From contig CAWDYU010000003.1 of assembly GCA_963806875.1 (NCBI GenBank), forward strand, positions 364,881 to 428,880: DNA of 64,000 nt. Direction: 5' to 3'. Below the pieces are notes generated by a model, which made no database searches, was not told the origin of the DNA, and saw nothing but the letters and a program-made list of their open reading frames with translations. Shown here one piece after another: positions 51,322 to 60,251 of this stretch (the first letter of the stretch is position 1; every line of letters begins with the position of its first letter). Made by a program: the position numbers and the translations under genes. Source of the stretch: an uncultured Gemmatimonadales bacterium. Its GTDB lineage: Bacteria > Gemmatimonadota > Gemmatimonadetes > Gemmatimonadales > GWC2-71-9.

Positions 51322-51914
51322 CGAGGCCAATGGGCGGGATGCTCGTCCGGGAAGTGAAGCGCCACCCGTGCAGGCCGACCGGTGCGCCGCGCAAACCGCG
51401 CCGTGAACGATGCCAGGCCCTCTGCCGTGAACGTGTCGCGCGGGATGTCGAGCGTGGCGATCGCCCGCTCGATGGCGTCAGCATCGCCTTCCACCTCGAC
51501 GAGCGTGTCGCATTCGGGATACCACTCGAGGCGCACCGTTGCGCCCTCGATCGCATACACCTCGACGAATCGGTCGACGGCGTGCACCGGTGAGTAACCG
51601 AGCGCTGCAAGGAGGTCCGAGATCGACGCACCAGCGCCGAGTCGGCACTCGAGTTCAGGTCTGGCCTTGTAACCCTGTGGCGACACCGTGGTCGGACCCT
51701 TCCACGCGAGTTCGTCGTGCACGCTGCCGTCAATGCTCTTGTAGCGTCGCACGCGGAGCACCTCCTTGCGCTCCGCCAGTTCACCGTCGATGTCGTACCG
51801 ACGATCGAACAGGCGACCCGAAAACACCGGCATGCCGCCCGGTCCGCGGCGATGAAGGCGCTGTCGCAACGCCTCGGGGTCGGGCACCACGGCCTTCAGT
51901 TCAAGTTCGAGCAG
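51318..51914 (-). CDS. CYTH-domain protein (class IV adenylate cyclase/triphosphatase family); probable CTG start
   Basis: (M)LELELKAVV ExExK motif upstream of the track's start, DRRYD, LRVR, WKGP, VEVEG. Confidence 0.85.
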   Translation of the reverse strand: MLELELKAVVPDPEALRQRLHRRGPGGMPVFSGRLFDRRYDIDGELAERKEVLRVRRYKSIDGSVHDELAWKGPTTVSPQGYKARPELECRLGAGASISDLLAALGYSPVHAVDRFVEVYAIEGATVRLEWYPECDTLVEVEGDADAIERAIATLDIPRDTFTAEGLASFTARFARRTGRPARVALHFPDEHPAHWPR

Positions 51915-52606
51915 AGTATTGCCTCCATCACGCGTTCGGTGTCAGCGAGAGACTCGAAAGTCGCCGCGGCGCCGGCAGCGCGCAGTGCATCCGTTGAGTA
52001 GGCGCCGGTCGCGACCCCGATCGCATGAGCGCAGATTGCCGCGCCGCAAGTGACATCGGCGGGCGTATCGCCGATGATGACCACATCCCGTCCGGATGGC
52101 ACCCGGCCCATCACCTTGTCGGCCCGGGCGGCGGCCACCGCCGGCAAGTCGGGACGATGGGCGCTGTCCGACCCGTACGCCCCGAGCGCAAACTGCGCGA
52201 ACGGGAGCCTTGCAGCCTCCAGCTTTATCCTGGCTCCCGGGACAACGTTGCCGGTGAGCAGGCCAACGACCACGTCAGTGCGCGCATGGAGCGCGTCGAG
52301 CAGGTCGGGCACACCGGGCATCGGCCTGACTTCATGACGCCCGCTGCTGACGCATTCGTCGAGATGCGCGAGATACCGCTCGATGACCCTACCGATCTCG
52401 TCGGGGGTCGATCGGTCCGGAACACCCGCTGCGTCGAACAACTCCGCCACGATCTGCGGATCGGTCTTCCCGTCAAACCGGACGCCATCGAAGAAGTCGA
52501 GGTCGGCGAACTCGTCGGCGAACGCTGCGCGGAGTGCGGTGCGCCCCGCCGAACTGCTGCTGAGGAGGGTGCCGTCGATGTCGAACAGGACGAGGTGTCG
52601 CATCAC
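51896..52606 (-). CDS. HAD-family hydrolase
   Basis: LFDIDGTL, GKTD, LLTGN, IIGDTPAD. Confidence 0.92.
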   Translation of the reverse strand: MMRHLVLFDIDGTLLSSSSAGRTALRAAFADEFADLDFFDGVRFDGKTDPQIVAELFDAAGVPDRSTPDEIGRVIERYLAHLDECVSSGRHEVRPMPGVPDLLDALHARTDVVVGLLTGNVVPGARIKLEAARLPFAQFALGAYGSDSAHRPDLPAVAAARADKVMGRVPSGRDVVIIGDTPADVTCGAAICAHAIGVATGAYSTDALRAAGAAATFESLADTERVMEAILCSNLN

Positions 52607-53388
52607 CCGACGCGACGGATCGAGACGAGCCGTTCACGCAGTCCCGCCGCCCGGCTTCCGGGGCCCCAGGATTCCCGTGTCACCCGCCCCGTTTCGATGG
52701 TTGCATGGACCAGGGTGTCGTGGCTCGCGAGCAACGCCACGTGGGTGACGGCATCGGTGTCCTGGCCGCGGAAGAAGAGCAGGTCGTCGGGGCAGGCGTC
52801 CTGCGGCGCCACCTCGATGCCGACCGCCACCTGCTGCCGTGCGTCGCGTGGCAGCGACACGCCCCGCAACAGGAACGTGGTCTGCACCAGCGCGCTGCAA
52901 TCGATGCCCGACCCGGTGACTCCCCCCCAGAGATACGACGCACCGGCGAACTGCTGCCACGCCCAATCGGAGGCCGACATATCACGCGTGTGTGCCAGCA
53001 CTTCATGAAACGGGCGAACCCGCCCGGAAAGAATCTTGCCCGCACTGCCATCCGGCAACCGCACCCCGTCGCCGCCCTCGAGGATCAGTCGTGCCCGGTG
53101 CGGAGCCCGAACCGCCATTCCAGCCGACGCCTCGACCAGCGCCCCCTCCGACCACGCCGCATTGGCCAGCCAATGGTCGGCGGTCGCCACGTCGGCAGCA
53201 CGGACATACCCGCGGTGCAACCAACCCTCGTAGTCGTCGAGGCGCGTTCGTACCCGGTAGTATGGTCCGTGGTCACCGACCACGGTGGCACCCTCACCAA
53301 GCACGACCTGCGATACCTGCTCTGCGGCCAGCGAGGGTGCGGCAAGGAGTGGCGCGACGGCAGAAGTGACCAGCACCGCAGCGCTCAC
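52603..53388 (-). CDS. SH3 plus NlpC/P60 (C40) peptidase, dipeptidyl-peptidase VI-like
   Basis: EQVSQVVLGE, DDYEGW, YLWGG, GIDCSAL, LPRDARQQ, DLLFF, HVAL, HA. Confidence 0.9.
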   Translation of the reverse strand: MSAAVLVTSAVAPLLAAPSLAAEQVSQVVLGEGATVVGDHGPYYRVRTRLDDYEGWLHRGYVRAADVATADHWLANAAWSEGALVEASAGMAVRAPHRARLILEGGDGVRLPDGSAGKILSGRVRPFHEVLAHTRDMSASDWAWQQFAGASYLWGGVTGSGIDCSALVQTTFLLRGVSLPRDARQQVAVGIEVAPQDACPDDLLFFRGQDTDAVTHVALLASHDTLVHATIETGRVTRESWGPGSRAAGLRERLVSIRRVG

Positions 53389-53576
53389 GACCCTCGCTCC
53401 CGCTCGCGGCAATCACGACAGAGCGTCACGCCGCGGATGGTGCACACGAGGCACACGAACGTTCCGCAGCTCTCGCACGGGTAGCCTTCCGAGGCCCGCT
53501 CCTCGCGTCCACAGGCGCGACAGAGCATCGCATCGCGCTCGCGCACGTCAGGTGTTCCGGTGGCGCGCGTGCTCAA
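53385..53576 (-). CDS. small Cys-rich protein with four CxxC motifs
   Basis: CRAC, CESC, CLVC, CRDC in 63 aa; NTGA overlaps with both neighbours. Confidence 0.75.
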   Translation of the reverse strand: MSTRATGTPDVRERDAMLCRACGREERASEGYPCESCGTFVCLVCTIRGVTLCRDCRERERGS

Positions 53577-54916
53577 TGCGGGATCGCGTAGCGCTTGATC
53601 TTGGCGATCAGCGTGGCGCGCGAGATGCCAAGTTCCTCGGCAGTCCGCGTGCGGTTGCCAGCATGATGCTTGAGCGTGCGCTCGATGTGCATTCGCTCAA
53701 CCTCCTCCATCGTGAGCGGCGTGTGCCGCCGGTCGAATGGACCAGCCTTGGCCCGAAGCTCGCCGGGAAGATGCTCGCCCCCAACCTGGGACTGGCCACG
53801 GGCGAGAAGCAACGCCCGCTCCAGAACGTTTCGCAGTTCGCGGATATTGCCGGGCCACGAGTGCGCCAGCAACCGCTCCAGTGCCTCGTCGGTGAGCAGG
53901 GTAGGTGCGCCGGGCAACGTCTGCGCCAGTTCACGCAGCAGCCTGCGAATGAGGGCCAGCATGTCATCGCGTGTCCGCTCGCGGAGCGGCGGCATCACGA
54001 CCGGCATCACGCCGAGTCGGGCATGCAGGTCCTCACGGAACCTCCCCTCGTCCACGGCCGACTGCAAGCGACCGGTCACCGCCGCGATCAGTCGGATATC
54101 CACCGGAATCTCGCGCGCACCACCTGCCCTGCGGAACGCCCGGGATTCGATCACGTTGAGCAGGCGCAACTGGAGGTTCTGAGGAAGTTCACCGATCTCG
54201 TCGAGAAACAGGGAGCCGCCGTCGGCCACCTCCACCAGCGCCGGCTTGCGCTCACCATCACCAGCTGCGTGTTCACGCCCGAACAGTTCCGCCTCGATCG
54301 CCTCGGCGTCGCCCGTGCCGCACGCCACCTCGATGAACGGTGCTTGCGATCGCGGCGACAGGTCATGGATCAGTCGGGCCACGAAACGCTTCCCGGCGCC
54401 ACTCTCACCCTCGATCAACGCGGGGGTGCGATCGCTCCGCGCCACGAGAGTGACCTGACGGGCGACCTCGCGCATGAATGGAGAGGCACCGAGGCCCTCG
54501 AGACCGTCGGACGTCGCCGAGCTCTGCCCGATGAGCGTCCTGTTCACGCGCCTCAGCCTGCCCTTCTCGGCTGCGCGCTCTGCGGCGGCCAACAGGTGCG
54601 CCATGTCGACCGGCTTGACGATGTAGTTCTCGGCGCCGAGTTGCATGGCGCGGACCGCAGTCGGGACATCGCCATCCCCGGTGAGCACGATGACGCCGGT
54701 GTCGCGCGCCCGCAATTGCTCGAGAACGTCGAGGCCGTGGATGCCGGGCAACTCGAGATCCACCAGCACGACGTCCGGGAAGGTGCGCTCGAAGGTGCTC
54801 ACGCCGGACTCGCCGGTGAGTTCGCGGAACACGTCCCATCCCTTCTGCTCGAAAAAGGCGCCCACCGCGCGGAGAACCGCGATGTCGTCATCGATCAGCA
54901 GGATTGAGTCGGTCAT
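53573..54916 (-). CDS. NtrC-family response regulator lacking the GAFTGA motif
   Basis: REC (IDDD, LVDLELPG), GESGAGK, LFLDEIGE, FREDL, WPGNIRELRN, HTH; loop 1 reads LFGREHAAGDGERK. Confidence 0.9.
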   Translation of the reverse strand: MTDSILLIDDDIAVLRAVGAFFEQKGWDVFRELTGESGVSTFERTFPDVVLVDLELPGIHGLDVLEQLRARDTGVIVLTGDGDVPTAVRAMQLGAENYIVKPVDMAHLLAAAERAAEKGRLRRVNRTLIGQSSATSDGLEGLGASPFMREVARQVTLVARSDRTPALIEGESGAGKRFVARLIHDLSPRSQAPFIEVACGTGDAEAIEAELFGREHAAGDGERKPALVEVADGGSLFLDEIGELPQNLQLRLLNVIESRAFRRAGGAREIPVDIRLIAAVTGRLQSAVDEGRFREDLHARLGVMPVVMPPLRERTRDDMLALIRRLLRELAQTLPGAPTLLTDEALERLLAHSWPGNIRELRNVLERALLLARGQSQVGGEHLPGELRAKAGPFDRRHTPLTMEEVERMHIERTLKHHAGNRTRTAEELGISRATLIAKIKRYAIPH

Positions 54917-54956
54917 CGAGGATCCCGGCTGGGGCGTACCAGTGCCATGAGGTAAA

Positions 54957-55862
54957 CTAGCTCCGCGGCGGCATCATCACCCGGATGGCGCCCGGCACCA
55001 CCGTCGCGGTGAAGTCCGTCGTGCCGCCCGGTTCGCCATCGAGTTGTATCGGTACCGGACCCTCGGGGCAACGGATGGTGATCTCCCGGCCGCGGGCGTA
55101 GCCCACGAATGCGTCGCGACCGTAGACACCGGGCGCATCCCGGAGCAGGTCCCAGACAGCCCGGACACCGGTACCGAAGGAATTGGCGTGCATCGCAACG
55201 ACGTCGAGGACACCGTCGTCGGGGGCGATACCCGGCCCGAGGCGAATCATCCTGGGGATCACCTCGCCGCAGTTGGCCACGAGGAGCATCGCGGCCTCGG
55301 CGTGGAACGCCTCGCCGTCCACCGTGATGTCGAACGGCACGCTCCGAAGCTCCGGGATCAACCGGAGCGTGGTGGCGACGTAGGCCATCATCCCCCACTT
55401 CTGCTTGAGCAGCGTCGGTGTCTCGACCATCACCCTCGCGTCGATTCCGGCGCCGCAAGCGACCGCAAAATAGTGGGCCCCGTCTTCCCGCATGATTCGT
55501 CCGAGGTCGATGGGCGTGGGCTCACCACGCAACATGGCGGCAGCCGCTCGAAGCGGATTCGATGGCAGGCGGAGGTTGCCCGCGAGCAGGTTTCCGGTTC
55601 CACCGGGAATCAGGCCGAGGGCAACGTCGGTCCCGACCAACGCGGCGGCGGCCTGCATGGTCGTACCGTCGCCGCCAAAAACCGCCACGACATCGACACG
55701 CTGAGCGACGCCTGCCTCCGCGAGTCGACGTGCATCACCGGGCCCGCCGGTTGCGAGGACGTCGACCTTCCATCCGCCAGCCTTGAGCATCGCGGCGATC
55801 GCCTTCACCGTGACCGCCCTCGTCCGGGCAGCCGCCGGGTTGGTGATCAGGAGTGCGCGCAC
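54957..55862 (-). CDS. diacylglycerol kinase family lipid kinase (YegS/DagK-like)
   Basis: NPAA, GGDGT, IPGGTGNLLA, IDLG, GAGIDA, PDDG, QLDGE. Confidence 0.92.
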   Translation of the reverse strand: MRALLITNPAAARTRAVTVKAIAAMLKAGGWKVDVLATGGPGDARRLAEAGVAQRVDVVAVFGGDGTTMQAAAALVGTDVALGLIPGGTGNLLAGNLRLPSNPLRAAAAMLRGEPTPIDLGRIMREDGAHYFAVACGAGIDARVMVETPTLLKQKWGMMAYVATTLRLIPELRSVPFDITVDGEAFHAEAAMLLVANCGEVIPRMIRLGPGIAPDDGVLDVVAMHANSFGTGVRAVWDLLRDAPGVYGRDAFVGYARGREITIRCPEGPVPIQLDGEPGGTTDFTATVVPGAIRVMMPPRS

Positions 55863-58800
55863 TAGTACTCACGGTCCCACAGCAGGTCGGCACCGAGCTG
55901 GTAGCGCCCCTGCAAGTTGGTGAGCAGGTCGGACGCCCGATTGGACGAACACGCCTGCACCGGCTCGGCCGACGCCTGGGCGCGCCAGTTGCGGGCGAAG
56001 CGGTACTCCACCGATGCGCCGAAGTTCCGTGCACCAAATCCATTCGAACGCTGCCCGAAGCAGACACCCACGTTGCCAGTCACATACCACTTGTCACCGA
56101 ACTGGCGCCCGATCGCGATCGTGGTGAAAGACGAGCCCTGGCCCGGCACGCCGCCGGGGCGGATCTCGATCGTCTCGACACCAAGACCGAGATCGTTGAC
56201 CAGTACCCGCTCGGTCTCCGTGGCCAGGGCACCAATGGCGAGCTGGAGCGCCTGGGACTCACCACTGCTGGCAACGTCGAATTCCGGCCGCCCGAACACC
56301 AGGTAGGAGATCAGGTCGCGCTCGGGAATGTTGCGCCCGGGCGCTGTGAGCTTGAGCGTGGGCACGAGAATCGTGCCGCCGATCTGCGCCTGTATCTGGA
56401 TCTCGTCGCCGTCCTGGGTGCGAACGGTGTTGCTGGCAAGAATGTCGAGCGCGGCATTGAGGTCGGGTGTGCCGAAGTACCGCACCGACCCGCGCTGCAC
56501 ATCGAAATCGATGTTGAAGGCCAGGATCTTGACGGTGTACGTCCCGCGCGGGGTGTTGAGGTTGCCGATCAGGCCGTACGACTGGCCGATCTTCTGCGCG
56601 GTCACCTCTCCCTCGAGCTGGATGTTCGCTTCGCCCGACTTGAGCCACACGTCGGTGCCGATCTGCACGTTGATCGGCTCGATCCGCAGCGAGTCGAGGA
56701 ACCTGCTCTGGAACCGCGCGCTGAGCCCTTGCTTCCGGATCGCCACGGTGTCGACGAACGCCGCGTTCACCGGGTCGTCGAGGTTGATGACGTTCTTCGT
56801 CAGCAAGTCGGCGAAGTAGATGTCGCTGTCCTCGATGAAGATCCCGGCCGACGTGCCCCGCATCACGGGATGATTCAGGGGCCCGCGGATGGTCACCTCT
56901 CCCGTGGGGCGCATCTTCATGAACCCGACCACGTCGACGGCAAGGAAGCCCGCCGATGTGAGACGCAGGTTGAGTTCGGGAGACGTCAGTTCCCGGAAAC
57001 GGAGACTGCCGCTCACCGATGCGAGCCCTTCGCCGCTGCTCATCGAGAGCGTATCGATCAGCAGCGAGTCACCAGCGAATCGGGCCACACCATCGATGGG
57101 CCCGTACCGCACACCCAGGTCCGGAAGCGTCATCCGACCCTCGATCACGCTCACCGTCCCCTCGAGGCGCGGAGACTCCCACGTTCCGCTCCCGTGCATG
57201 TCGACCTTCAGCACGCCCCGGGCATTCCTGATCGACGGGGTGAACGCCTCCAGCAGGGAGAGATCAGCCGAGTCGGCAAGGGCGGTCACCTCGATCGGTC
57301 CCGGCAAACGGCGGGTCGGTCGTCCGGTGAGTGCCAGGTCGAATGGGACCGAGACGTCGATCTCGAGCACCTGGTCACCGGTCTTCCAGAACGCCAGGTT
57401 CGACCTCAGCCGCTGCGCCCCGTAGTCGAACGCACCGCGCAGCATCGGAGGACGGACATCGCCGAGCACCGGCCCTGTCACCGACACATTGCCGCGCAGA
57501 GTCGGGAAGAACTTCGTCCCGCCCAGCCTGAAATCCAGCGAAGCGAGACCGCGCCCCAGCAGCGAATCGCTGTAGACCACTGCAAACAGGTCGGCGAGAT
57601 CGAGCCCGACCACGCTCGCGCGCAGTTCGCCCTCATCCAGCCCCGGAACGGTACCACTCACGGTCACCGCCCCGCTGCCGTCGTCGGTGCGAAGCACCAG
57701 GGTATCGGAGAGGGCGGTACCTCCCTCCCCGATCGAGAACGTGATCGGCCGGGTCAATCGCCAATCCTGTTGTGGCAAGCCCATCGTCAACGAGTCGAGG
57801 TCAACGGTCGACACCCCGGTCATCGAGCGCCACCGCCCGCCGCCGCTGAACGTCGCAAGGCCGACATCGGCCTGTCCTGCCACCGCGAGCGAATCGGAGC
57901 GTCCTCCCGCGGTGACCGTGATGCCGTGGACGAGCTGCACGCCTGCCAGGAGCGTGTCGATGGTCGCATCGATGGCGATGCCCCGGGCACCCAACGAATC
58001 GGCGCGGATGTCGCCGCTGACATTCGCGACGTACCAGTCATCGAGGCGGAGGTGCTGCGCCGCGAACGTCCCGACGATGTCCAGGTCGTCGATCGCTCCG
58101 CTCAGCTGGAGCGACGCGGTTCCCGTGCCGTCGAGCGTGCGGGGTTCGAGGGTGTCCGGGGCGAATCCGGTCATGGCGCGGACCAGCGAGTCGAACGGCG
58201 TCAAGCGAACTCGCCTCCAGCTCGACCAACAGCGTGCCACTACTCGGCGCCGCCCAGCCGATGGACCCGCGGGCCGATGCGGTGCCGTCAGGCCAGGTGA
58301 CGGCCGCCGTGTCCACACGGATGATCCCGCCCGACGCGGCAACCGACGCCAGTACCGACGTGAGTTCGATGCCGCCGACGCTCGACGGAGAGAGCGTGAC
58401 ATCGAGCGTTCCGGTCGGCGGCTCCACAGGATCGATCACGCCCGTCGCGGTGATCCGTCCATTCAACGACGTCGGCTCGCCGCTGCCGAGGAGCGCCCGC
58501 AAGTCGAGCCGCTCGACATCGAGTACCAGCGCGTTCGCAGACATCCGCGGCGCGTCCATGCCAATTCGACCGCGCGCGTGCACCACCCCGATCTCACCCT
58601 CGAGGTCGGCGAGCAGGTCGAGATCGGTGATCGGCCCGAACGCGGTGACCCGCCCAGCGACCGAGCCAACTGGTGTGAGGTCCGGGTAGCCCGTCCGGAG
58701 TCCATCGAACGAGATCACCGGGAACGTGGCGTCGAGTGCCAACCCGAGCACCGCACCGCGCGCGTCGAACCGCACCGATCCGTTCATCCGGCTGCGCGCG

Positions 58801-60251
58801 TTGTTGGGCGGCACGTGCTCGGCGAGCCCCTCGAACCGGGCATTCAGCCAGGGACCGTCGAGCACACCGGTGAGTCGAAGGTCGCCGGGCACGACAACGG
58901 CCGGCACGAGCCGCTGGACGGTACCCAGGTCGATGTCTGAATCGGTGAGTCGAAAGCGTTCGAACACCGCGCCATTGACCCCTCCGAACCGGATTGCGCC
59001 GTTGAAGATGAAATGCGACCGGGGGTTGCCGGGAACCAGCGCATCGGCGAGCACGAGGTCACCACCCAGCACCATCCGGTCGAGAAATCCGTCGGCCGTG
59101 ATCCGTCCCGATATCGGCCCGCGAAATGGCAGCGTGTCGAGGTAAGGTCGCGCCACGTCGAGTGGGACATCGCGCAAGGTGAGGTCGAGGTCGCGCATCC
59201 CGAGCCCGCGCTGGTTGTCGACCACGGCGACCAGCCGACCGACCGCCAACGCGTCGCCCGCGCCGAGCGCGAGGTTCGTGAGCGCGTAGTCGGTGCGGGA
59301 ATCGCTTCGCGACAGCGCCTCGACCCGGCCCTTCCCCTGCCACGCGGGGAAATCGGGCGACACCCAGAGCAGGTCACGTAGGTCCACCGTGTCTGCGTCG
59401 AGTGCAAAGTCGAACAGGACGGTGTCGCGCGGCCACCGGATCGCGCCCCCGCCGCGCAGGGAAGTGCCCGGCATCTCGGCACGCGCGAACGTGAAGCGGA
59501 CGGAATCCGCTGCCGTGATGATCTCGCCTTCGGCCGACGTGATCGTCACCGCCGGATCGCTGAGGTTGGTGCGCAATTCGTCGATCCGGATGAGCAGCGG
59601 GTCACGCTTGGGCGTCGAGATGCGGACGAGCGACAGGCGTCCCGAGGCATTCGTCAATTCGTACACACGCACCGGGCCATCCACGCCCCGCTCGATCCGC
59701 GGCTGTGCGGGCTGCTGCGCGTTCCGGGATATCGGCGCCTTGGGCGGGCGCGGGGTCGTGGGAACATCAATGCGAATCGTCGCGTCCCGCAGGGTCACGT
59801 CGCGGAGTTCCACCAACTGGGGAGTCCGATTCGCCGTGGTGTCGCCCTTCCGCACCCTGAAGACCTTCTCGTAATTCCAGTAACCATTGCGCAGCTTGAC
59901 CAGGTGGATCACCGGTCGGTCTGCACGGAGTTCGCTGAACACCAGTCTCCCGGCGAGCAGCTCGGGCAGGAGATAGCGCACCTCGATCCGGGGGGCCTCC
60001 ACGACCGGGGCGCCGGATGAGTCGGTGATGCGCACGTTCTCGAGGACCAGGTGATTGATCACGTTCCCGCGGATCGCGCCGATCTGCACCCGACCGTCGA
60101 CACTCGACGTGATCAGGTCGGTCGCCAGGCGTGCGCTGAGCGCGCGGCCCGGCGGCGACCAGATCAGTGCCGCCACCGTGCCGAGGATGGTCGCCACGAT
60201 GACCGTTGGCGGCGCCACCAGGCCGGCGGTGATCCGTTTCACCCAGCGCAT
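55862..60251 (-). CDS. tamB: TamB/AsmA-like translocation and assembly module protein, frameshift near 58200
   Basis: N-terminal TM, long beta-rich body, C-terminal TamB-type motifs (RGSVRYFGTPDLNAALDILA, DLISYLVFG); adjacent to a TamA-like gene. Confidence 0.8.

Noticed and set aside
55853-58300. Long antisense ORFs such as 55853-58300, 53285-54907, 27733-29274 and 13878-15275
   Set aside because: These are shadow frames of real genes in high-GC DNA and carry no recognisable motifs.
7272-60251. Frameshifts in the sigma54 regulator, amidohydrolase, tyrS, dppC, msbA, ruvC, queA, dinB, thiG and tamB read as pseudogenes or programmed frameshifts
   Set aside because: They hit essential genes, both halves keep intact motifs, and I saw no shared slippery site. 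Long-read indel errors are the simplest explanation.
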